64,000 nucleotides of DNA, taken from the IMG/VR virus record IMGVR_UViG_3300009037_000003, positions 1-64,000 of that record; one strand, given 5' to 3'. Of the stretch, positions 37,627-47,898 are shown in pieces. Position numbers and translations under genes: made by a program. Within the stretch, counting starts at the first letter, position 1; each line of letters begins with the position of its first letter. This DNA comes from a virus (taxonomy: Duplodnaviria; Caudoviricetes). Below the pieces are notes generated by a model. The model was not told the origin of the DNA, did not search any database, and was given only the letters and a program-made list of their open reading frames with translations.

Positions 37627-37988
37627 GCGCGACACCGAATCGCCTTGCATCTCAGATTCGGTTCCCCCTGTCGCTAATCCAGAAATACCGGGTTTCGATA
37701 CACCCGGAAAATCCCGAACGCAGCACCGCTGCGTTTCCAGGCAACGATCCACCCGGCGTCGACCTGGTCTGTATTCCATACGCTACAATAGCCAGCTTGG
37801 GGAGCCAAGCAAGGGAGCGCTGAGACGGCCAGCTTCTGGACAAAACGACGAGATGCGGCAGTTTTTTAATCGCGGACAAAGCGGACTGCTGGAGAGGGTC
37901 GAAAGTATCTGCCTATTAAATATATAAGCTACCCAGATGACTCACCCGGAGAAGAGTTGTATGGAGAAGAATAGGCCGGGGTGCGCGC
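37627..37988 (+). ncRNA. Candidate ~360-nt structured RNA/DNA element
   Basis: Closing stem, several perfect hairpins and crossing long-range helices (see findings); strand is assumed. Confidence 0.5.
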
Positions 37989-38001
37989 AGGAGTAAATAG
38001 C

Positions 38002-38562
38002 ATGATGACATACGTAACAGACAGCATGAAAACGGAAATGGCTTCGCATGTTTTAATTCCCGTAGAGGTATCAGACAATTTTAAGCTATACACTTTGAAT
38101 AGACCTGGAACAATAGTTTATTCTGTCTATATCGCTGAGTTTGCCAGAAGATTATGTCTTTCTGGCGATATATGTTTGGGCGGCAATGATCGCGGAATCG
38201 TGTCGTCTCCTGGATACGGGGTTGCGTGGTTTTCTGGGCACTTAGCAGAATCTTATCTGTGTCAAAAATTTCTGAGAGAAGAGTGGCAATGGGACGTAGC
38301 CGTGAGGGGGATTAAACAGCATATCGAGGACGATCGAAACGATGGCGAAGGCTTGTATCTCGAAAACGAACATAAACTAGATGAATTAATCAATAATCAT
38401 TTTTGGGAGTACGATGAACCGAATCAAGCCGAATATTATGAATATATGACAAGCATTGGACACGACGGTTGTGAGCTACCTGGGTTCGACTATCCACGCA
38501 TGCATGCTGGGTGGTTGTGCGCAATTCAACAACGGTTTAGCGAGTTATTTAAACATGGATAA
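38002..38562 (+). CDS. Hypothetical phage protein
   Basis: AGGAG RBS, LCLSGD..WF..YLCQKF. Confidence 0.65.
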   Translation: MMTYVTDSMKTEMASHVLIPVEVSDNFKLYTLNRPGTIVYSVYIAEFARRLCLSGDICLGGNDRGIVSSPGYGVAWFSGHLAESYLCQKFLREEWQWDVAVRGIKQHIEDDRNDGEGLYLENEHKLDELINNHFWEYDEPNQAEYYEYMTSIGHDGCELPGFDYPRMHAGWLCAIQQRFSELFKHG

Positions 38563-39967
38563 GTTGAAACAGATATTCTCAGAAAAGGGAATTGTTGTTA
38601 GAAAGGGATTAGATATTGGCAAACTTAGTAGGTTACCGAATGCTGTTGTAGAAACACTTTACGAGACACTCGAAAGTAACGACCATGCGGTCAAAGTGGA
38701 GCAAATAGAGTCAATCGTTCAACACTGTTGTTTCTCAAGTGCGCAGAAAGAGTTAGTTAAAAGTATCGTGAGGGAGCGAGGAGAAGCTACTCTTCTTGAC
38801 AGATTGGTATGCAATTTTGACGAGCAACGAGACAACTACTTCGGACGACTCCAGTGTTTGCCAGAATTGGATTTGCGGGTCGAGCAACCTATAATTAACA
38901 CATACGGGAAATATCTTCTGACGACAACAGGTTTGTGGGGTAGCGCCAGATTGACTTACGAGGATATGAAATTCAAAAACAAATACTATCCCTACAACGT
39001 CCTGGAGTTCGTACCACTGCAAACAACAGATATGAGCCTAGACGAGTTTTGTGTCAGAAGAAAAGAGTTCGACACAAATGAATGGATCGATATCCTGATG
39101 GCTACGATGGGCCTATCTACGACAACGATGACTACTGAGCAGAAAATGGTCCATCTACTGCGACTTGTTCCTTATGTCGAAGAAAATGTCAATTTAATCG
39201 AACTTGGTCCGTGTTCGACAGGAAAGACATTCTTATTTCAGAATATTTCGCCACACGGTTTTGTTATTACGGGAAGCCAAACGACAGTGGCTGCTCTTTT
39301 TTACAATAAGCTTAAGAACGAAGTCGGTCCGATCGGGACACGAGATGTGGTCGTGTTCGACGAGGTTTGCGCCGTCGACAATTGGGGTGATCCACAGCTT
39401 TTCAACATGCTTAAATGCTACATGAACGACAAGCAGTTTAGTCGCGGGCATGCCGAAGTAAAATCGTCTTGCTCGCTTTACTTCGTTGGCAACGTCGATT
39501 GCGATACTAAAACCAATTCTTTGTCGCCAAGGGTGAGGAATCTGTTCTCAAAATTCCCGGAAACAATTAATAGAGATGTAGCATTTTTTGACAGGATAAA
39601 CGGAATAGTACCTGGCTGGAAACTATCTCCACTGTCTGCAAACAGCTTTGCGTCCGGTTACGGCTTTAGTAGCAACTACTTTTCTGGCGTCATGCAGCAA
39701 ATGCGATCTGTTGACGTTTCACGTCATTTTGACGGTATTGATTTTGGGAATATGCCCCAACGAACAAAAAAGTCAATTATGAAAATAGCATGCGGATTGT
39801 TAAAGCTTATTTATCCTGATCGATTAAAAGCTGAAAGATCTTCCGACGGCATACAGGTACTGCTAGAAATAGGTCTTTCTTGTCGCAAGTTGTTGATCGA
39901 ACAATTAGCTAGTATTTCGCCGAATGAATTTCGGTCCATGGATTTTACATATAGGAAGGAAACATAA
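38555..39967 (+). CDS. brxL: BrxL-like AAA+ protein lacking the Lon protease domain
   Basis: GLWG, EWIDILM, LLRLVPYVEENVNLIELGPCSTGKT, TVAALFYN, VVFDEV, AFFDRI..PGW. Confidence 0.82.
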   Translation: MDKLKQIFSEKGIVVRKGLDIGKLSRLPNAVVETLYETLESNDHAVKVEQIESIVQHCCFSSAQKELVKSIVRERGEATLLDRLVCNFDEQRDNYFGRLQCLPELDLRVEQPIINTYGKYLLTTTGLWGSARLTYEDMKFKNKYYPYNVLEFVPLQTTDMSLDEFCVRRKEFDTNEWIDILMATMGLSTTTMTTEQKMVHLLRLVPYVEENVNLIELGPCSTGKTFLFQNISPHGFVITGSQTTVAALFYNKLKNEVGPIGTRDVVVFDEVCAVDNWGDPQLFNMLKCYMNDKQFSRGHAEVKSSCSLYFVGNVDCDTKTNSLSPRVRNLFSKFPETINRDVAFFDRINGIVPGWKLSPLSANSFASGYGFSSNYFSGVMQQMRSVDVSRHFDGIDFGNMPQRTKKSIMKIACGLLKLIYPDRLKAERSSDGIQVLLEIGLSCRKLLIEQLASISPNEFRSMDFTYRKET

Positions 39968-39969
39968 AG

Positions 39970-40785
39970 ATGACTTTTATCACGGATCCACAAATTAAGT
40001 TGATAGGCAAGCCTGTTCTTAACATCGAGGGAATAGTTGCGTTCATGGATGACCACGGGTATTGGTGGCCTGAACTAGAAAGAGATCTTGATGGATTTGC
40101 TAGTCTAGCAGATAAGGATGCCGAATGGATCGTAGAAACTGGTGGACGCAATTGCTATCAGTCATGGGCCAAGGCAGGAGAACCCCCTAAGGGTAGATCT
40201 CATGATGATCACATTAAGCACTTGATAGATAGTGGACATCATTCATGTTTAGAACATGCAAACCTAACATTCATGATTTGGAACGTAAGTCGTTCGTTAT
40301 CTCACGAACTTGTGAGGCACAGGTTGGCGTCGTATTCACAGCTATCACAGCGTTACGTTGATTCGTCGGATGTCAATTTTATTGTTCCACAATCGATACA
40401 GCAACTCGGCGAAGATCATCCACTGTACACAGAATGGAAACGGCATTGCGAACAATCGGTTGAGTTGTATGAGAAGTTAACTAGTGAGTTGTCAGAATTA
40501 TATCGCGATGTGCCAGATAAGACGGAGCGTCGAAAGTTGGCAAGACAAGCGTCCAGAAGTGTTCTGCCGAATGCTACTGAAACAAAAATTATGATCACGA
40601 TGAACATCAGATCAATCCGTCATTTCATCAAATTACGAGCGAGTAGGGCGGCGGATCTAGAAATTCGTAGACTTGCTGTCAAAATGTATCATTTGCTTGA
40701 GAACGCTTATCCTGTTTTTACGTACGGAATGTATTTGAAAAAGGAGAATGATGGCACAGAAACTGTGGAATTTGTCGACTCTTAG
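39970..40785 (+). CDS. thyX: Flavin-dependent thymidylate synthase
   Basis: GHHSCLEH, SRSLSHELVRHR..SQLSQRY, RSVLPNATET, EIR. Confidence 0.96.
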   Translation: MTFITDPQIKLIGKPVLNIEGIVAFMDDHGYWWPELERDLDGFASLADKDAEWIVETGGRNCYQSWAKAGEPPKGRSHDDHIKHLIDSGHHSCLEHANLTFMIWNVSRSLSHELVRHRLASYSQLSQRYVDSSDVNFIVPQSIQQLGEDHPLYTEWKRHCEQSVELYEKLTSELSELYRDVPDKTERRKLARQASRSVLPNATETKIMITMNIRSIRHFIKLRASRAADLEIRRLAVKMYHLLENAYPVFTYGMYLKKENDGTETVEFVDS

Positions 40786-40828
40786 TACGTACAACAAGAC
40801 GTAGGCACAGGTATTTAAAGGGGTCAAA

Positions 40829-41488
40829 ATGACTGAACCTAAATTGAGTTGTGAATGCGGCAATGAGCAAGAAACAGATTCGGCTACGGCTTATGAGACA
40901 CTTGACTCTGCGGTAGAAAAGTATTTGTATCGTACACGCAAAATAGTGATGACAGGGGAAATCGACGACGTAATGGCCGCAGGAGTTTGTAACGCTCTTC
41001 AGTATTATAATTGTAAATCCAGCATTAGACCGGTTTTTATGTACATAAATAGTCCTGGCGGCAGTATGAGCGCAGGATTTTCAATTATTGACCAAATGGA
41101 ATGCATCGATTGTCCGGTATGTACAATTGTTCGCGGCGAAGCTTTCTCTATGGCAGCACTTATCACTGCTTTTGGTACGCCAGGATTGCGATTTGCTATG
41201 CCTAGCGCGTCTTTAATGATACATTCGGTATCGTTGATAGAATCTGGTAACAGTGCGGAGTGTATCGAGAAGCACATGCTCATGGTGCGGTATCTTGAGA
41301 CAGAATATCGTACGAAAGTTAAGGAATTAGCGAAACGACTTTCTAAGGCACTCGCACAAAAGATAAATCCAAAAGAGTTAGAAAAAATGATGGCAGAGAA
41401 TCTGTGGATGAATCCGAAAAAGGCTATAAGTATCGGTCTGATTGATGGAATTTGGACAAAGGAGTTTGATGGAGCTACGAATCTATAA
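40829..41488 (+). CDS. clpP: ClpP-family peptidase
   Basis: MYINSPGG, AFSMA, MIH, GLID. Confidence 0.9.
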   Translation: MTEPKLSCECGNEQETDSATAYETLDSAVEKYLYRTRKIVMTGEIDDVMAAGVCNALQYYNCKSSIRPVFMYINSPGGSMSAGFSIIDQMECIDCPVCTIVRGEAFSMAALITAFGTPGLRFAMPSASLMIHSVSLIESGNSAECIEKHMLMVRYLETEYRTKVKELAKRLSKALAQKINPKELEKMMAENLWMNPKKAISIGLIDGIWTKEFDGATNL

Positions 41489-41991
41489 TGAAACCGATCA
41501 GACGAGTAACGAAATCGTATTTTATGTATGGTGTGAAGAAATATAAGCCGTTGATTTTAATGCTGGCGTGTCGACTGAAACATCGGAGCATTGATACGGA
41601 TGAAATGGTGTCGTACGGATTGCAGGAATTATTGAAGGCAATGATATGTTTTGATCAAAGCCTAGGATGCTCTTTTACGACATTTCTCTATAACAGGCTA
41701 TTCTATACTTATCAGCACCTACTTCAAGCAGAGGCAAGACACAGAAGAATGATGACCGGTACAGACTTATCGGGGTATCGCGACAACAAAACCGACAGTT
41801 TCGGCGATACTAGCGATATCGAGGCTATGTTGTCATCGCTTACAGATGACGAGAGATATGTAGTTAAAAAGATCTTCTTGGACGGCAGTACACTCGCTTC
41901 TGCGGCTGCAGAAATCGGTACGTCTATTACTACGGCCTATCGGAAGAAAGAATACGCAATTGAAAAGTTGGCTGAGAGATACAATCGATGA
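41488..41991 (+). CDS. Sigma-70 family (group 3/ECF-like) sigma factor
   Basis: Region 2 (G..ELLKAM..FD...FTTFLY) and region 4 HTH. Confidence 0.85.
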   Translation: MKPIRRVTKSYFMYGVKKYKPLILMLACRLKHRSIDTDEMVSYGLQELLKAMICFDQSLGCSFTTFLYNRLFYTYQHLLQAEARHRRMMTGTDLSGYRDNKTDSFGDTSDIEAMLSSLTDDERYVVKKIFLDGSTLASAAAEIGTSITTAYRKKEYAIEKLAERYNR

Positions 41992-42231
41992 ATAACGAAA
42001 GATGTGCTTGTGGTGGTGCATGCTGTGGAGACTGTAGGGAGAACCACTTAGACGAGAACGGCAAAGTCAGTTGTTCATCCTTCTATCTCGAAACAAAGAA
42101 TAGAATCATACGCGAGAAAAATGATTGTCATGTTGATTGCAAAATTAGTCGTGTCACAAACCGCAGACTACTGAACAATCAATACAAAAAGGACCAGGGT
42201 GTATAATCCTCAACAAAGAAGGAGATGCTGT

Positions 42232-42675
42232 ATGAGAAAAATGATGATGATATGTTTTCTGTCATTAATTCCCGTCTTTGGATGTCAAACTGGCGGAGGT
42301 GGCGGCGGAAGCAATCCAATTCCATGGACTCAAGATGTTGATCGAATGAAGACAGATATTAAGTTTCTTGCCAAGATGTCCACAAGAATCATGCTGGCGA
42401 ATATGTCGGTTACAGCGACAGATGTTGAACAGATAAAACTATATCTTTTGACAGCTAAGGATGTCCTTGCTACGTCGCCACCCGTTTTCGATAATGCTAG
42501 AAAATTGGTACCAGCACTCCCTCAGCGATATCAAGTATACGGTTATGGCATCATTGATGTCGTTGAGAGATACGTCGAAGCAACAAAGCTCACCAACGAT
42601 ACAGTAATCGCAGAAATCATAGAAGCAGGACTAGAAGGCGCTCTTGAGGCAGTGCAAGAATTGGAGTTATCATGA
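42232..42675 (+). CDS. Putative lipoprotein
   Basis: Signal with VFGC lipobox, Gly linker. Confidence 0.65.
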   Translation: MRKMMMICFLSLIPVFGCQTGGGGGGSNPIPWTQDVDRMKTDIKFLAKMSTRIMLANMSVTATDVEQIKLYLLTAKDVLATSPPVFDNARKLVPALPQRYQVYGYGIIDVVERYVEATKLTNDTVIAEIIEAGLEGALEAVQELELS

Positions 42676-43487
42676 AAAAAATAGTTGCAATTACATTAGT
42701 TTTTGGTGCCGGACTCATAATGGCTATTGCTTATATTTCTCATGGGCGAAGAACAGAAGTATTGCCAGTTGTCCAATTAACAGAAACGGAAATCAAATAC
42801 AAGGAAATGTTAAGAACTTGTCTGCTGGTAGACACAATAAATAGTTTGGGGTCGGGCATCATTATAGATAAGACTGAGTGCTCGCCAGGTGTTTTCAGAT
42901 ACTACGCTTTGACGAATGCCCATGTCACTGAGTGTAGATTTGTCGAATCTCTCACCAATGTAGACGGATTAACCGGTAAAGTATCGACAAAAACTATGGA
43001 TACAGGATGCACCGTGGTTAGTTATCACACTATCCCTCCAGAAAAGTACAAGGCAGCAGTAATAGGTGAAGATGTCGACAATGATCTTGCCCTGCTCTTA
43101 TTCGAAACTGCGTCGGATTTGCCAGTGGCTATGATTGCTACCGATGAAATATTGGACGATATCAGGGTATTTGACGATGTTTTTGCTATCGGTTGCCAAT
43201 TAGGCGAATCACCATCTCCTAGCAGTGGAATCGTTTCTAGAATTATTAACACAGATTCTGGTGAAAACTTTCTCCAGTTTTACGGAAGCACTGCGCCGAT
43301 CGCCCCAGGCAGTAGCGGCGGCGGATTGTTCAAGTACGTTTCTGGTCATTACTACTTGATAGGCGTACCATTTAGTGTGTCACTAGCGAGGAATGGTCAA
43401 CTAATGACCCATTTGACTTTCGCGATCCCCATGTCCACAGCAAAACGATTCATCGACCAATGTATTGGGAATCGGCAATGCAATTAG
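42672..43487 (+). CDS. Membrane-anchored trypsin-like serine protease
   Basis: GSG, TNAHV, DLALL, PGSSGGGL. Confidence 0.92.
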   Translation: MKKIVAITLVFGAGLIMAIAYISHGRRTEVLPVVQLTETEIKYKEMLRTCLLVDTINSLGSGIIIDKTECSPGVFRYYALTNAHVTECRFVESLTNVDGLTGKVSTKTMDTGCTVVSYHTIPPEKYKAAVIGEDVDNDLALLLFETASDLPVAMIATDEILDDIRVFDDVFAIGCQLGESPSPSSGIVSRIINTDSGENFLQFYGSTAPIAPGSSGGGLFKYVSGHYYLIGVPFSVSLARNGQLMTHLTFAIPMSTAKRFIDQCIGNRQCN

Positions 43488-44080
43488 AATTGGTTGAAAA
43501 GGCTGTGCAGCAGGAGTATCCGGGCAGTTATCTGCGTAAGATGAATTTTCAATTTGAAGAATTCAGTGCTTGTAAAACAGTGATTCAGCGGAACGGGTTA
43601 TCGGTCTGTGACCATACATTTAGCGTATTAGATCGCTTGCATCGCAAAAACATGACGACTATGCTATCCGGTATATTTCACGATCTAGGGAAAAGGCATA
43701 GCATATTTTCTGATGCGGATAGCAGAACTAAGTCGGTATTTTGCGATCATCAAAATATTTCTGTTACTATTGCAGTAAAAGTACTATCTCGATTAATCGA
43801 CGTAAACATATTAGATAGTGTTGTTAGAATTATTGCTACGCATATGTATGATATCTTTAATCTAACTACCAGAGGAGTACGGAGCTTTGTCGGCTTAGTA
43901 GGAGTTCAAAATATCGACGATTGGTTTTCATTAAGATATGCGGATACTGATTATCCAAGCGAACGGCACACCAACAAAATAAATACGTTTCGCGGACTAG
44001 TCGATGCTTTTTTGAAAACAATACCCTATGACACTCATGCAAAGTTAGATGATGGTCCACCCAAGATATTCCTTAACTAA
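43478..44080 (+). CDS. HD-domain phosphohydrolase resembling the HD domain of CCA-adding enzymes
   Basis: V.DHT, FHDLGK, F.DH..S, HM, AD. Confidence 0.8.
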   Translation: MQLELVEKAVQQEYPGSYLRKMNFQFEEFSACKTVIQRNGLSVCDHTFSVLDRLHRKNMTTMLSGIFHDLGKRHSIFSDADSRTKSVFCDHQNISVTIAVKVLSRLIDVNILDSVVRIIATHMYDIFNLTTRGVRSFVGLVGVQNIDDWFSLRYADTDYPSERHTNKINTFRGLVDAFLKTIPYDTHAKLDDGPPKIFLN

Positions 44081-44093
44081 CGGAGAAGTTTAA

Positions 44094-46694
44094 ATGTTAT
44101 ATGAACCAACCGGATTCGCAGGACAAATTTTCAAGGATAGGTATGCGATTCATCCGGACGAGACATTTCAAGAGGCGTGCGAACGAGTAGCAAAATTTGC
44201 TGCGAGCGCAGAAGATGGCGATAAGATAAAGCCTTTTGAAAACCGTTTCATGGAAATCTTGTCACATAATCGTGGATCTGTCGGCGGACGAATCTGGAGA
44301 AACGCTGGTCGCAAGAAAGGTGCGTGCGCAAATTGTTATGTGGTACCAGTGGAGGACTCCAGAGAGGGGTGGGGTCAGCTTCTTAAGGAAGTCACAATTA
44401 TTAGCGGCATTGGTGGCGGAGTAGGTATCAGTTTTGACAACATTCGCCCACGCGGGTCGGAGATAAAAGGTATAGGCGGTATTGCGACAGGTGCAGTTTC
44501 CTTAATGAAAATTGTCAACGGTGTCTGCAATGAATTACGAAGCGGTGGATCAAGACGATCAGCACTACTGTTTGGTTTATCGTACTGGCATCCAGATATC
44601 GAAGAATTTCTTGATGTTAAGCTAGACAAGAAAGAACTAAATAATGCTAATGTTAGTGTCATGGTTGATGATAAATTCTTCGACCTAGTCGAGACCGACG
44701 GCGATATCGAGTTAGTGTTTCAAGGTAAAACACACAAAAAAATCAAGGCTAGGTGGCTATATGACAGGGTAACATCGAACGCATTGAAGTCTGGCGATCC
44801 TGGATTCTTAAATTTAGGTTACGCCAACAAGATGAACAATCTATACTATTGTCGTCCGATGTCTTGCTCGAATCCATCCATGCCAAGCGGAACACTTGTA
44901 CTGACAAGGGACGGAATTATTCCAATACAACAGTTGGAAAATCAAACGTTTTATATCCGAGATATCAACAATAAGTGGGTAGAATCGCGATGTTTTCTTT
45001 CGGGAAATAACGAGGAGGTTTTTGAACTAGATTTTGGTGGCGGAAAAAAGATTTACGCAACCAAAGAGCATGATTGGCCAATTTTGGATTCTTACGGTAG
45101 AATTCATAAAATAAAAACGAAAGATTTGCGGCCGAAGGACAGGGTTTTGGCACATCACAATAATCAGCTAGATCTACATGGAGATAATTCGCTAACAGAA
45201 GACGAAGGGTTTTTTGTTGGAACAATAACGGCAGGCGTCGGAACAGTTGATAGCCAGGAGCAAATTGAGAAATACGGATTTGATTCCGATCAAAACCATA
45301 TACCATCTTGTATTTGGCGATCCAACGACGAATTTATCAAAGGATTTATCGACGGAATATTTTCCGCGTGCGGATCTGTAGATACTGTCAAAAAAAGTCT
45401 GACGCTAACTCAGCTTAGCAATACCCTTTTGCAGGAAATCAGTCAATTGCTATCGTTTTATGGGATTTATGGAATTCATTCTGAACAAGACAGCACCTAC
45501 TGCACTTATCGTATCAGAGAATTCCGAAATATTTTTAATCTTTCTAATGCGATTAAGCAAAACAAGATAAATACGATAACATCTTATCATGCTTGTCATT
45601 CATTAAACGGTTTGCAATATCTCTGTCTCAAAAGCATTACTTATCACTCCCGACAAGACGTATGGGATATTTCGGTATACGACGATAACCACATATTTCC
45701 GGTCGCTTATACCTACACAGGTAATTGTGCCGAGCAATTATTAGCGCCATATTCGGTATGTTGCCTCGGGTCTGTTATCTTAAGCAGTCATGTTACAGAC
45801 AAAGGAGATATAGACCTAGATCTATTAGGCGAGACAGTACTGCTTATGGTTCGGCTATTGGACAATGTAATCGACATGACAGAATACCCATTTCCGGCTA
45901 TCAAGGAGTGGTCACAAAAGGAACGGCGAATTGGTCTCGGAGTAGCTGGTCTACATGACATGCTCCTAAAGATGGGAATTAAGTACAGCTCAGACGAAGC
46001 TATCGCGATTATCGATAAAGTTATGAATTTCGTTAAGAAAAAAGCATACGAAGCCAGTATATTCCTAGCAGTAGAAAAGGGACAGTTCCCATTGCTAGAT
46101 AGAGGTCAATTCGTCAAGAGCGGATTCTGTCAAACTTTGACACAATCTATTAGAGCAAAAATATTGGAGTATGGTATAAGAAATAGTTTTCTGCTTACTC
46201 TGCCACCGACGGGAACGACGAGCATCGTTGCAAACTGTAGCTCTGGGATCGAACCAATGTTTGCTCCGATATATAGAAGGACGTTTAACAGGCATACTGT
46301 TTCCGACAATGAGGTAAAAGAAACCGCTTCCGAGATTGTTATCCACCCACTGCTTCTAGAATTTGTTAGAGCCGGGAAAAATTACGACCATTTTGAAGGT
46401 GCGCATGAGATATCTCCGGAGCAACATTGCCGTGTTCAGCTAGCGTGTCAAAAGCATATATGCAGTGGAGTTTCGAAAACTATAAACTTACCGGAAAATG
46501 CGACCCAAGAATGTCTATCCGATATCATCTTAAAATACATGCGATCGCTTAAGGGCATGACAGTTTTTCGGCACAACTCGAAAGGTACCAGCCCCCTTGA
46601 GCCAATACCAATATCTGACATCAAGGAGTACCTAGAAGGTATCGCTTCAGAGATAACGTCGAACGAGTGCCCAAACGGTATTTGTGAGTTGTAA
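44094..46694 (+). CDS. nrdJ: Class II (B12-dependent) ribonucleotide reductase with intein
   Basis: ANCYV, GGGVG, GGSRR, HPDI, NP/CAEQ, CCLGS, RRIGLG, PTGTTS, SGIEP, SKTINL; no small-subunit gene adjacent. Confidence 0.9.
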   Translation: MLYEPTGFAGQIFKDRYAIHPDETFQEACERVAKFAASAEDGDKIKPFENRFMEILSHNRGSVGGRIWRNAGRKKGACANCYVVPVEDSREGWGQLLKEVTIISGIGGGVGISFDNIRPRGSEIKGIGGIATGAVSLMKIVNGVCNELRSGGSRRSALLFGLSYWHPDIEEFLDVKLDKKELNNANVSVMVDDKFFDLVETDGDIELVFQGKTHKKIKARWLYDRVTSNALKSGDPGFLNLGYANKMNNLYYCRPMSCSNPSMPSGTLVLTRDGIIPIQQLENQTFYIRDINNKWVESRCFLSGNNEEVFELDFGGGKKIYATKEHDWPILDSYGRIHKIKTKDLRPKDRVLAHHNNQLDLHGDNSLTEDEGFFVGTITAGVGTVDSQEQIEKYGFDSDQNHIPSCIWRSNDEFIKGFIDGIFSACGSVDTVKKSLTLTQLSNTLLQEISQLLSFYGIYGIHSEQDSTYCTYRIREFRNIFNLSNAIKQNKINTITSYHACHSLNGLQYLCLKSITYHSRQDVWDISVYDDNHIFPVAYTYTGNCAEQLLAPYSVCCLGSVILSSHVTDKGDIDLDLLGETVLLMVRLLDNVIDMTEYPFPAIKEWSQKERRIGLGVAGLHDMLLKMGIKYSSDEAIAIIDKVMNFVKKKAYEASIFLAVEKGQFPLLDRGQFVKSGFCQTLTQSIRAKILEYGIRNSFLLTLPPTGTTSIVANCSSGIEPMFAPIYRRTFNRHTVSDNEVKETASEIVIHPLLLEFVRAGKNYDHFEGAHEISPEQHCRVQLACQKHICSGVSKTINLPENATQECLSDIILKYMRSLKGMTVFRHNSKGTSPLEPIPISDIKEYLEGIASEITSNECPNGICEL
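44877..45725 (+). mobile_element. Intein (283 aa) with degenerate LAGLIDADG region
   Basis: Starts SMPSGTLVLT, block B ATKEHDW, FIKGFIDGIFSACGSV, VWDISV, ends TGN before the catalytic Cys. Confidence 0.92.
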
Positions 46695-46704
46695 AAGGGA
46701 GAAT

Positions 46705-47895
46705 ATGGATAAGGAACAATCTAGAAAATTGCAGCAAGCTATCGATGCTGTTAACGATTATGGCACGATTACGAAAGCTGCTAAGAAGTTAGGTATACCT
46801 AGAAAAACACTGAGCTCCAGGTATAACAAAGCGATAGACCAGGGTTACTGCGCAGGCGTTCCGGTTGTAGATACGGGCAAGAAGATAGCTTTCGACGCCA
46901 AGCTCAAATCAATAACGAAGGAAAAAAGAGAACTACAACAAAAATACGATTCGCTTCTAAAAACGTTAGAGGAAACGGCTGGAACAAAAAACATTATCTC
47001 TGATATGCAGCAGCAAATTGCTTTAGCCGATCCAGAGAGAGTCAGAATAACGATGGATCGACCGAGCAGTGGTCGTAGCGAATCTGTTGCTGTAATGCTT
47101 TGTTCCGATTTGCACTACGAAGAAAGAATCGTTCCCGCAACCGTAAATGGTCTAAACGAGTACAACACATCCATTGCAGAAACTAGATTCTTTAACGTGT
47201 TTAAGAACGGACTAAAGCTTGTAGAAATGACGAGGCATTCGTCTGATATCAAAACACTGATACTTTGGCTCGGAGGCGACCTGATTTCGGGCTATATCCA
47301 CGAAGAGCTAAAAGAAACAAACGCCATGTCACCAGTAGAGGCATCTTTGTCGGTATATCGTCTGTGCGAATCGGCAATAGATTTCCTCGCAGAAAACGGT
47401 GGTTTCGAGCAGATCGTAGTAGTGTGTTCCGTTGGCAATCACGGCAGGACAACTGATAAAACTAGATTTTCAACATGTGTTGAAAACTCATTCGAGTGGC
47501 TCATCTATAATTTCCTTGCCTCGAAATATGCCGATTCAAAAATTGTCAGATTCAACCTTTCTCGTAGCTATCTGAACTACATGAACATCTATAAGTGGGT
47601 TGTTCGTTTCCATCATGGCAACTATGTGCGATATAGTGGAGGTGTTGGCGGTATTACAATTCCGTTGAACAAAGCTATTGCCCATTGGAATCAATCTAAA
47701 CATGCAGATCTCGATGTATTCGGCCACTGGCATCAGCGAATGTCTGGCAAAAATTACGTATGTAACGGGTCAATAATTGGATACGGCCCGTACGCTCTGG
47801 CAATCAAAGCTCCATTCGAGGTACCGCAACAGTCATTTTTCTTGATCAACTCGGGAAAAGGGAAAACTGTAGAAGCGCCGATTTTTGTGGAATAA
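46705..47895 (+). CDS. HTH + coiled-coil + metallophosphoesterase protein
   Basis: ITKAAKKLGIPRKTL; SDLH, GGD, GNHGR, HHG, GHWH. Confidence 0.85.
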   Translation: MDKEQSRKLQQAIDAVNDYGTITKAAKKLGIPRKTLSSRYNKAIDQGYCAGVPVVDTGKKIAFDAKLKSITKEKRELQQKYDSLLKTLEETAGTKNIISDMQQQIALADPERVRITMDRPSSGRSESVAVMLCSDLHYEERIVPATVNGLNEYNTSIAETRFFNVFKNGLKLVEMTRHSSDIKTLILWLGGDLISGYIHEELKETNAMSPVEASLSVYRLCESAIDFLAENGGFEQIVVVCSVGNHGRTTDKTRFSTCVENSFEWLIYNFLASKYADSKIVRFNLSRSYLNYMNIYKWVVRFHHGNYVRYSGGVGGITIPLNKAIAHWNQSKHADLDVFGHWHQRMSGKNYVCNGSIIGYGPYALAIKAPFEVPQQSFFLINSGKGKTVEAPIFVE

Positions 47896-47898
47896 AAA

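Noticed and set aside
37565-37927. 120-aa CDS, or tmRNA/RNase P RNA
   Set aside because: Atypical Arg/Ser-rich composition over a structured region; no tmRNA tRNA-like ends and no RNase P P4 consensus
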